From Octopus bimaculoides (Eukaryota), in contig NC_068983.1 of NCBI RefSeq assembly GCF_001194135.2, positions 123,353,147 to 123,417,146 of the forward strand: a DNA stretch of 64,000 nt, written 5' to 3'. The position numbers and the translations under genes were made by a program. How positions within the stretch are numbered: the stretch's first letter is position 1; each line of letters opens with the position of its first letter. The notes beneath the pieces are model-generated. The model had not been told where the DNA came from. It searched no databases and saw nothing but the letters and a program-made list of their open reading frames with translations. Positions 53,201 to 64,000 of the stretch are shown here, one piece after another.

Positions 53201-56200
53201 ATAAACTGGACAAATATTATGTCCAGTGCATTAGTTTATACTAAATTTCATTGCTTAATCAATATTCCAGCAAATCTATTAAGTTGTCAGCAGGAATAAA
53301 AATGACCATCTTATTTGAAATTCTGCAGACTTTGCTTTTACGAAGAATTAAAAATAAAGCAGTTCGCAGGATTTTTGTAGAGGAGGGTTAATGGTTTAAC
53401 CTGGTGGAAGAGGCTGGGCTCATAATATTTTGTAGGCTCTTTGAGAAAAAAATTAAAATGGAGAATGTTCCTTTTTAACAGATACAAGTCAACAGCTCCA
53501 GGAAAAACATGAATAGAGAAGGAATTCCAGTGGGCCTTTTTTTAAAGAGGAAAGCACTGAGCTGGAGTTGACACTATGAGTAACAGGATTGCTTGACTAG
53601 AAGTGGTATGAGATCAGCCAGTTGAGGAGTGGAAGCTATTATAGTAGTATAAGATAAGAACAGAGAGTAGACAGCATATCTATGAGGCAGAGGTTGGATT
53701 GTATTGGTGATTGACTTTATGTTGATCACTTAGATGGTCCTTCTTTGTATGTGGTACAGGATGTCTGTATAATGACAAAACTATCTGAGATGTGGGAACA
53801 ACATTTCACAGTAGACTGTACTTAAGCATTATTAAGGATTAGCAGTTGTTGGGAGGCTGAAATATTCTCTGTCTCTAAAGAGGAAGGCCAATCTGTGTGA
53901 TGCAGTTTAAAGATGGTAGAGATTTATTTCCCATTTGTTTCTGCTATTAGAAAATCAGAAGGGGAAGAACAGTATCAACGACTCTTGCTGCACATTGCAG
54001 ATTGATGTGGTTGGTGTTTTATTTGAATTACTCTGGTTCAGTGTCTGAATGTAGATGGAGAGAATTCTAGAGAATGGCAGCTCTGACAAGGAATGATTGG
54101 CTAAAATATTTAGTCCAAGATCAAGGTGGATGACAAAAATAGATCCAAGGGTGAGGAAATGGTCTTACTTTCTTGAATTTTCCAGATGTGTTCCAGAGCT
54201 GTTTAATAGTATTCAATGTAGACTCTCTCTTCTTGGTTTGATGAAAGAGGTTTGACCTACTTTGAATGTAGAGGTAAACTAAAATGTAAGTTATTTAGTC
54301 TGGATTTTTTCAAGTCAATTTCTCACCCTTCATTTTACATAATATTAGATAAAGTAAATGGTTATAATGCATTGGTGAGTGAAGAGTTGATAGCCAATAG
54401 GATGGCTGGTTTTTGGACCACTTTAGAAGATATCTAATATATAAGATGATGGAAGTATGTCAAGCAATCATGTAGGGAATCACCTCATTTAGATTCCATA
54501 TATAGGCATAACCTACCATGACCAACATCCCTCACATAAGTTAACTTCTCTAAGAGGTAGGCTTATGAATGGGATGATGATTATGATAGGTTATCCTTGA
54601 TTGAACAGACCTACAATCAAAGATGTTCTAGCCATGATTATCCTGTTTTTCTAGGACATATTTAAGACTATATCATCTAATGTCGTTTACTCTCAGAGGC
54701 TGGCTTATGTAAGGGATGTTGGTTATGATAGGTGTTATCCTTGATTGAGCAGACCTACAATCAAAGACATTCTAGCTATAAACATCCTGTTTTTTTAGGA
54801 CGTATCTAAGACTTTATTACCTAATGTCTTTTACTTTGTTGGATGATGAAATGTCGAGGGAGATTTGGTTGCTACTTTTAACAGAGTGATTGATCATATA
54901 GAGGCTCTCTCATTAACTCCAATGTTTGTGTGTACTACAGGGGTACCAACAATGGAGAATATGTGAAGAACTGTCTTGTTATTATCAGATGTAAGGTAGT
55001 GGATTAGCAGAGGTACCAAAGTACCTCGAGCAGAGTTTAACTTTGTTGCAAGCATTTGAGCCAGGCCAGATTTCTGGTTTGAGGATAATCTCTTCCCTTC
55101 CTTCCATCAGTTTCACAGGACTGAGAAAAGAAATGGTCAATGGAGCTGCCTTATTCTCCCTGATTAGAGAGTAAAAAAGAATTCTGTTTCGGTCAACTTT
55201 ACCTTCATCTTTCTAGTATTGATAAGATAAGTCACCCGTCAATTACTAAGGTCAATTTGAATCAACAAGCATCACTCTATCTCTCTAAATTTGTGGCTTT
55301 AAGCTGGTGTTAGAAATCCTTATTAACTAGTTATTGTATTAATACCTCCTTCTATTTCTCTTCTTCCACATCCATCTCCCTTTGTTGTCAGCAGTGGCAG
55401 CAATGAAAAGGGGATGGGAGAATGAGGAAGAGAGGGAAAGTATTTTTAAAGACATAATTACTACAAGTGCTAATTACTAACGATAACTGTTGTCATCATT
55501 GACATTATCAACATTAATCCTATTAACATTTCTCTATGTTGACATGGGTTGGCTGAGAGAATATATTTGGTAAAATATATTTTGTAAAATACTATGGAAT
55601 GTTATGAAAATATTACTAATCCCCCACATACAAATACATACACTGGCTCCCAAAGATAAATTTGAGCAACAAATTTTCCTGTAGCAAAAACAGATTCTAA
55701 TTTAGATGCTACTGGCAATAATTTGTGATATCTGATATACCTACTTAGGTAACATGCCTAGGTAATAGCAGAGGTGATATGGATTAATTTATTTAGAATA
55801 ATCTAGTGATATCCTGGCAACCAATCTCACTGAATAATCCTGAAAGAAGCTTGGAACATCTGTAACAATATTTTCACAAATTGGCTTTTACTATTTATTT
55901 TTATATATTTAGTTTATTCCTTTCACTGTAATCTGTAAGTGATCAGAAAAAGCTGCATGACTAATGAATATTCAAAAGAACTATTATCTAATGTTAAATT
56001 ACCTTCTGGAGAAAGGAGAGAGGCTGTATAGAAAAAAACTGTGCTCTACTTTTTACAAATGCATAAAACAAACCAGACATGTGATTATATGCTTCATTCT
56101 AGAAGGTGAGTAACAGATGCAAGTTTTAATTTATTGATTTTTAAAAAATAATCAAGTAAAATAGAACAACTAAATCAAGTGTTCGTTTGGTAATCAATAA

Positions 56201-58229
56201 AACAAATCTGAATTTTGTTAAAGCAAAAAAGTAAAAAGAAGAAAATAAAGTCAATAAGTTTGGTTAATTTCAAACAGAATTCAAAAATATGAAGTTCAAT
56301 GACTATAATATATATATATATATATATATATCTCATTTCAGTCAATAGACTGTGGCCATGCTGGGGCAGCACCTTGAAGAACTATACACGAATTGTCTTC
56401 ATGAAATGGGACTTGCGTACAGTTCTACCGATTACATTGGGGTTATTTTTCAAAATGCCTCAGCTCTGGCACGCCAAATTCTGGAAACAATTCTGCAGAG
56501 AATTATATATTATATTATTTTTTTCTAGATTTAAATTTTGAATCAATATAATTGGAATTTTCTACATCGTTATTATTAGATGGTCACCCCAACTTTTCTA
56601 AAATTCTCCACAGTGCATTTCTATTCACCATACAAACAGTTTTTGCTAAATCAACAAAGGCCTATTTGAACTTAAAGAGTGCTTTGTTGGAACTGATTCC
56701 AATGGAGAATGGCATTAAATAGTGTAACACATAACTATTCTCCAAATATAGTTGTAATTGTTCATTTAAGCATGAATATATATAAAACCATCTATGTACT
56801 ATCCTAAATATAAATACATAGTAGGAAGGCAAATTTACAGCAATATTCATCCAGAGATAACACCAGTGTCTAAAAACAATGTATATTGAAGGCCATTTCA
56901 GCAGCAGCCAGTTAGAATGGCAGATACATTTCGGCCTCATTGGTCCTTGTAAATGCTGTGTGCTCAGCCAAATGCATTCCTGTTTTTATATTCAGTTATA
57001 ATAAAGTGTTACTCAATGCTTTTGTAGAGTACAAATCTATCATTCCTTAAGAATAGTATTGATAATGACTTTGAAATTTCATCCAGCTAAGCCATTATCG
57101 GACTGTCTGATGTTGTCTTAGTTGGCCAAAACTTCAAAGTCACTGTCAATACTATTCTAATTAAAGAGTAATATATACATATACGTACATACATATACAT
57201 ACAAGCATGCATATATCTATATATATATATATGCATGCATATACATACATACGTGCATATACATACATACATGCATGCATACACATACATGCATGCATAT
57301 ACATATATGCATGCATATACATATATGCATGCATATATATACATCCATACATACACATATTTGTTGTGTTGTTGTTGGCACTCCGTCGCTTACGACGTTG
57401 AGGGTTCCAGTTGATCCGATCAGCGGAACAGCCTGCTTGTGGAATTAACGTGCAAGTGGTTGAGCACTCCACAGACACGTGTACCCATAACGTAGTACAG
57501 CGGGGTTCGCCACCATCCCCTGCTGGAGCCTCGTGGAGCTTTTAGGTGTTTTTGCTCAATAAACACTCACAACGCCCGGTCTGGGAATCAAAACCGCGAT
57601 CCTATGACCACAAGTCCGCTGCCCTAACCCCTGGGCCATTGTGCCTCCACACATGCATACACATATATGCATGCACATACATGCATACACATACATATAC
57701 ATACATGCATATATATACATACATACACATACATACATATACATGCATATAAATACATGTTGGGCTTTCAGCCTCCATATACCAAATCCACACACACGGC
57801 TTGGTCAGCTCAGGGCTATTGTTGAAGACTCTTGCACAAGGTACACACAGTGATAATGAGTCCAAAATCACACAGCCATGACTGCATCTGTATATATTTA
57901 TATGAGGTGTGTATGGACAAAAGACTGAGACATCTGGTACTTTGCTATGCTCAAGAAGGCCCGTTCATCACAGTAGAATTGATACGAGTGCTGGTATCAC
58001 ATAAAAAACACTGGTGCTGGTGTCACATAAAAGGTAACCAGTACATTCTGTGAAGTGGTTAGCATTAGGAAGGGCATACAACAGTAGAAACTATGCCAGA
58101 ACTGACAATGGAGCCTGGTGCAACCCCTGGACTTACCAGATCCAGTTAAACCATGGAAAATGGACGTTAAATGATGATGATGATGTGTGTGTGTGTGTGT
58201 ACACACACACACACGTGAATATACAGATA

Positions 58230-58780
58230 TACATAGATATGTTACAGCTTCTTAATGACTATCCTTATGTCAGGGAGAATTTTTCCAAGATCTTCTGTAA
58301 CACTGCATATGGCCAGTCAGTATGGCCCTTTATCATCCCCTCCCTAAGATGTAACATCTTCAGGTCAGCATTTATCAATTTTTCCTATGTCTTTCTTGAT
58401 CACCCTCTTCAACAGGTTTCACTAACTTGGAGCACACAGCACTTCTTTATTCACCAATCATTTGCTGTACCTCTCACATGATCATACCAGGACAGTCCTT
58501 TTCTCTTGCATGCTATACTTGATTCCTCTTATGCCTGGTCTTTTCTCTCAGTTCATATGTACTCAGCACACTAACATTACTCATCCATTGAAGCATGCTT
58601 CATTTGTTTCTTGCCTTTTAAAATCTTCTACATTCAAGGTTCAGGTTTCACAACTATGCAGCATCATAGTTCAAATACAAGATTCATACATTCTGCCTTT
58701 GCTTGTGCAATAAGTGGCTGCATTAGGCTTTCAAAAGTGGGGCCTGTCATCCATGCAAGATTGCATATTGGGGGATCAGC
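58230..58780 (-). mobile_element. RTE-clade LINE 3' fragment
   Basis: Reverse-strand similarity to the 13100-13500 RTE segment. Confidence 0.7.
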
Positions 58781-60070
58781 ATGTATTGCTTATATGCATA
58801 GTGCCAATGGAGCACTGTCCAAACATAGGCTTATCTACTGCTTGAGTGAAAATCCATTTTGGACGAACACACAGAGGCAGAGCTGACGGTGGTGTGATTC
58901 TTGGCCAAATTATGTGATACATTTGTCAGAATATTTAAAACAAAATTGAGATTAAGCAGCCATATTGGGGCCCATGGTAAAAATGCTATACAAAAATAGC
59001 AAATTTAACTATTTCTCAGTAGACTGAAAAATTGAAGAATAGCCTTAACCGATTGTCAAACCTTATTGTGTTTTTATCAGAGGTTCCTACATCATTTGAC
59101 CAATTCCAACAAAGAAGAAGCCATTTTGTTCATATTCAAGAAATCCAGTAGATGTAGAGAACCAGACGACTAATTTGCATATCATTAGTGTTTAAAACTT
59201 AATTTAATATCAGCAGCCTGTCGACGGGGATATGTGTGTGCGTGCGTGTATGTATGTACGTACATATTAATATATCATGTCTGTGTGTAATTTATAATAT
59301 TTACACAGCGAGCCTCTTCTAGCAAAATACGATTTGAAAATTTTGTGCTAATGCTTTAATGAAAATGGTCTGGCAAACATAGACTTGTTTATTATGGTGG
59401 AGTTGAATAATGAGAACGAGGAGAAATAGGAATAATACCAACTTCTGGCCAGTTCTAATGCAGAACAAAACAAACTGAAGAACAAAATTCAGCAACAGTA
59501 ACTGTCTAGGCGAAGATAAGAAAATCATTATCTTCATTAGAAACTATAAATATAATGGCCTTGAGAATAAGCAGCAGTAAAGTCTACTTGATCCTACTTA
59601 GCAACACGTAAAGCTTAGAGTCGTCCTAGCAAGGTATGATGCTGAACGTATCATATAACAAAGTATAGAGTTACTTCCCTTGTCATTCATAATCTCGGTC
59701 TCACACCTAACTACCACCACGTTGTGCAGAGTATTCATACAAATAACATTACTAGTTATCTAATCTTATACAAAACAGGGAAATCTTTTTTTTTTATACT
59801 TGTCAGACTTTATATACTAAGCTAAAGAACATTATCATATCTGATCAAAGCTTACGTAGTCATATGTAACAACATTCAAACACATTAGAAAGAAATACTA
59901 AAATACGCTGTTTAAAACAAAGTTACAAAAAATTACTAGCAAAAACACTTTTACTGCTGAACGTGTAAGATAAAAGAATGTATTTAAGAAAATGACTAGT
60001 CACGATTTAATAATACCACATTGTGCACACGTTTATACCCTCTTCCACTCTCAGCTATATATAAACTCAC

Positions 60071-60241
60071 CTTTGACTGAGAAGATACATTCTTGGAATC
60101 TCTCGTTTTGCAGTCAGCATCTTGGTTTTCTCTATTTTTCGTTGCATGTTTTGCATCGAAAAACCTGGAGATTGTTATCTGCTTTCCATTTGTCCCTTTC
60201 TGCTTAGATTTCAACTTTTTACTTAATGCCGGTTGTGGCAT
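60071..60241 (-). CDS. MSH3: MSH3 coding exon 1 (MPQPALSKK...QITISRFF...SSQSK)
   Basis: ATG at 60241; N-terminal PCNA-interacting motif QITISRFF (cf. human MSH3 QAVLSRFF); 171 nt ending in AAG|GTGAGT donor, phase 0. Confidence 0.9.
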
Positions 60242-60360
60242 TGTTTATCACCTTGTAATAATACGCCGATGTTATCTTTCTAACTCCTATTCAGAAGTTA
60301 CATGGTTAGCGCCATTTCTCATGGTAAGTATGCCGGGAAAATCAACTTCCGTTTAATAAA
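60242..60360. promoter_or_regulatory. Putative MSH3 proximal promoter/5' UTR
   Basis: CpG-retaining segment just upstream of the ATG, with YY1-like GCGCCATTT (about 60309), E2F-like GCCGGGAAAA (about 60332) and ETS-like ACTTCCG (about 60345); motif similarity only. Confidence 0.5.
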
Positions 60361-60589
60361 GAGTAGCTTTATTCTGCACCCCTTAAACTCGATAAATCAT
60401 TGACTAATATAAACAGATTCAGAGTCAAATATAATTTGTAAATGAATATTTATTTACGAAACTTAACATTTGGAATTATTGTGGTAGAGCTAGAATCAAG
60501 TTCCCGGTGAGTTGAGTTAGCAGCCGATTTCAATTCCTGGACGAAGCTCTATTCATTTTATTTTCCTTTTTAATTCAGCTTTTTTTCTT

Positions 60590-60591
60590 TT

Positions 60592-60625
<34 letters not shown>

Positions 60626-62470
60626 GCGAGAAGACATCCCGCAGATTGAATTTAATAATTACTTATATAACACGTATGTATTTAATACATATACAATACA
60701 AAACCCACATTAAAATACAAATACAAACATGAGTGAAGAAAATAGAAAGAAAAGCATCAATTCAACGCTAATTGCTTCAATTGGTGGCACACCACAATGT
60801 CCAATGGAACCTCCACTTACCTTCTGGTCTCTTCCCGTCACTTCTGGATAATCCCACTAACTCCAGAAATGCGCAGGTATTAACCCGTGTCAAGGCCCGC
60901 TTAATGAATAAGTTTAGCTCAGAGTGAAGAGCGAAACAATCAGCAAACCACGAAGGCCTGTGGAGTCGAGGAGCCCATTACAGTAACATCTCAGTTTCCC
61001 CCACAGACGTCTGCTCCTTCTCTGAGTGCAATGGAGATGCAGAGCTCATCCATGTAGACCACCAATGTTGACCACAGGTAGGGCATCAACTCAGTCCTCC
61101 GAGAATTTCGCATTTGCAGAAAGTAGGCGACACCTTGAAAGTTGATCAGATTGATGAAAGGGAGAGTTGAACGTAGCACCTAAGCACAGATTGTCCCATA
61201 CTCTCTGCTTCTGTCTATCCTCAGCTGTATCAGGAATTGACAAACCCAGAGCTTTATCCATGTCCCAGTTGAAAAGGAGAGGATATTGCCTACCAAAGGG
61301 GAGCAAACGTGGATGGAGGAAAGAAAACAGGGAAGAGACAGAGACAGGCACTTGCGCAAACATAGACCGCCCCCTCCACCAAAGACCGTTCGGACAAAGC
61401 AGCCTGGTCGCGGGAATCTGTAAAGTCTGATATTGACTAAGCATTTGAATTTCCTGAAGATTAGGTCGTCAAAACATTAGAGAGACGACAAGAATTTATA
61501 AGACGAACTAACTCTGAGAAAATATAAAAATTTCGGAATCGACAAATAATTTGTAAGTATAAAAGAAAAAACTTTGTGGGGTTCTATTGCTTCAAGGTGT
61601 TTTAGTAGTTGCTCAAGGCTGGCCATCTTGGATCGAAGGTTAGCCATCTTGGACACGAAAGCTAGGTCAGTAGTTGGAGCTCCAAGAGAGTACCACACTG
61701 ATGAGAGGAACTGCGATAGAGAGTACAGAATTGCAAACAGGTTTACAGTCTGCTGATATGAAGCAGGATGGCTGAGGTGCCAGAGCTCGCATTTGGGATT
61801 GCTGACGTTAAGGCCGCTACGACCAAGTTCCTCAATCATCGTCCTCGGAGTTACAAGGATCTTATCAGAAGGGCCTTTCCACCCAAGATACCAGACATTC
61901 GTCAAGATACCAGACATTCAAGTCCAAGTCAGCCTCCATCTTGGTAACGTCGTCAATACCCAGTACAAATAGAGCCGGGTCAGAGCGGGCCACATTATTG
62001 GACTCCAGAGGCAGATGGGATTAGATGGTCACCAAAGGAAAGGTAAGAGGGCTCCAGATAAGTTTGCCGAGCAAAGTGGTAGAGCCGTGAGACATTCTCT
62101 CTTACTGTACGGGTGGAATTAAAGGCATTCCTGAAATCTAGTTTGAGGACGACCTTTGGGGTCTCTGGAAGCAACTTGATAAATGCTCTAGTGGCGTGAG
62201 CAGCAGCTTCACAACTTAGCTTGGTATAATCCCTAGCTGAATTTGTTATGGCAACCGAACTTATAGATATCCAACGGACTCTCTTTTGGATTCACGATAG
62301 ACTTAATCTGTTTAGTTTAGCACCCTCACCTAACCCTGGGTGCATTGAATGGTGTCCACTTTATTGCAATCGTTCGGGTCAGATCTCTGGCTTTGAGATG
62401 CATCCCAACCTCCCTCCCATCAATCTCGGAAACCGAGTGAATGGTTTTAGCTCCCTTTTAGCTGAACAAT
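60590..62470 (-). mobile_element. CRE-clade (restriction-like endonuclease) non-LTR retrotransposon, degenerate and 5'-truncated
   Basis: CEAAAHATRAF, LKLDFRNAFNS, SGVQ, NVWYLD, LGAP, and C-terminal ELN..IKRAL...GLSRSDGKRPEG translations; poly-A tail (poly-T at about 60590-60624). Confidence 0.8.
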
Positions 62471-62885
62471 AAAAAAATTATCAAACGTACACTACAAAAT
62501 AATTTATTCTGGATATCTTACTGTTATATAAACAGCAACAGTAAAAAGACATGCGTGGTTTGAACTACATCCGGTGGCATAGAACATACCAAAAATGATT
62601 TTTTATTTTGTAGTTTAGAAATACTTTCTTACATATAGAATCATTTTATATACTGAGTTTGCTTGGCAAGGACTTTGTCATGAAAACTTTGGTGTTGCAC
62701 GGAGTAGGCGGAGTTGTGGAGTGTGGTAAAATATGCGTGACTAGAGTAGGAGAGGCGAGTAAGTCAAAAGTACATAAATGGTAGTGGCATGAGACAAAGC
62801 AGTTCTGAGATGCAGAGTCCACCGTAGTAGTATTGGTAAAAAAAAAGTAGAAAAGTGTGTAGGGAAGTGGTTATACACCATTAGG

Positions 62886-63239
62886 TGTACACCGCTTCCG
62901 TACATTAAATTTCTAGAAGAAACAACGGAACGCAGATTCTGAACAACATAACAATATTTATTTACAGTGGAATTCAGTTCACGCTTGGAGGGAATTCGGT
63001 AGCTCGTCGCCCTCGGTTACTGAGACGCCTCCTGAATGATTTCCGTGGTTATTTGTGAAGCTCTGGTGCTGACATGTGAGAGAGCTCTGTTGGACGTCTT
63101 GGCTCGACGGAGATGAGTCAACGAAGAGACTGAGAAAAGGCGCCAAAGCTGGGTGTCGAACTCTACGCATGCGCATGAGACTCTTCCTGTATTCTTTCCG
63201 AAACTAGTCCCTGCGCATGCGTGGATAAAACTCCGGACA
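62886..63239 (-). mobile_element. LTR-like CpG-rich segment
   Basis: TG...CA ends and AATAAA about 75-80 nt before the 3' end on the minus strand; no TSD found. Confidence 0.35.
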
Positions 63240-64000
63240 TTGAACATATAACAGTCGTCTGCTATAAGTTGTCACTACAAGTGGAAGATGAAATATTATG
63301 GGATCAAGGATCGGAGTGTGTCGGCGAGCGATTTAGTAACAGCGCCATATCAGATATGAGAGCAGTATTCATTATTGACGAGCCAGACACGGTTTTGTAT
63401 CTGAAAGCGAGAAATCAATGAATGAGAGGCATAGAAAAATAGGTCTTCAACAGACTTGGCTTTAGAATGAGGATATGAGAGAGATTCGATGTTTGAGAAA
63501 GTTGTTGCTAATGGCTGTTTCCATTATTTGCTTTTTTTAAAAATAAGACATGCTGTAATGTGTTTCCAAACAAAGGGTAAAATCTCTCTCTCTCTCTCTA
63601 GAGAGAGAGAGAGAAAGAGTAAAGTTTAGTGAGGATAGGAGATAGCTCGGGAGCGCATTGATTAAGAGTAATGGAAGAGACATTACCGGGGCCGATGACC
63701 TTGTTGGCTTGAAGCGACCGGATTGCTTTTGAACTAGGCATGTATGTGTACATGGTAGTGAGCCTAGTGAAATATGAAGCGATTGGCTAGATGCAAAGTG
63801 GGTGGCTAATGTGAAGAGCCAATCGTAGCTGAGAAATGGAGGGAAGGAGGCTCCGGCAAAATTAATAAAAAAATCATTTGGGTAAGAAACCAAAATGTTA
63901 CTCGTAACTTGATATTGGGAAGAACTTGCAGGCTGTGTAATACAGGAAGGCATCCTTTGCGTTTCGGAAAACGACCTTACAAGAGTCATGGTACTAAGTA

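Noticed and set aside
57176-57750. Complex TA/CA/TGCA low-complexity tracts giving YIHA-rich ORFs
   Set aside because: Degenerate microsatellite flanking a SINE
60481-60545. tRNA-like fragment upstream of MSH3
   Set aside because: No complete cloverleaf or acceptor stem; best explained as a decayed SINE head
60330-64000. Expected DHFR coding sequence head-to-head with MSH3
   Set aside because: No DHFR-like translation (e.g. GIG..G.LPW) seen in the plus-strand frames

Overview
Eukaryotic, AT-rich, microsatellite-dense genomic scaffold with N gaps. The repeat landscape ((GAT)n-tailed and tRNA-headed SINEs, RTE LINEs) looks like an octopod cephalopod; that assignment is inferred, not proven. 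The window is dominated by one minus-strand gene, the mismatch-repair gene MSH3. I assembled 20 coding exons by hand from 60241 (ATG) down to 11466: all introns are GT-AG, all phases are consistent, and the total is 3167 nt (>=1056 aa). The terminal exon is unresolved. A second, unidentified minus-strand spliced gene probably starts near 3649 and runs toward the left edge. Introns and flanks carry many transposon relics (hAT with intact TIR/TSD, mariner, pogo/Tigger, gypsy, R4/Dong, RTE, Penelope-like, piggyBac-like and foldback MITEs), and a CRE-clade retrotransposon lies just upstream of MSH3. I found no clear-cut novel system. The best leads are a divergent GCNP-for-GRHP motif in MSH3, a possible head-to-head ATG-only exon in the MSH3 promoter, two candidate microexons, coding poly-A runs in MSH3, and the CRE element at the promoter.
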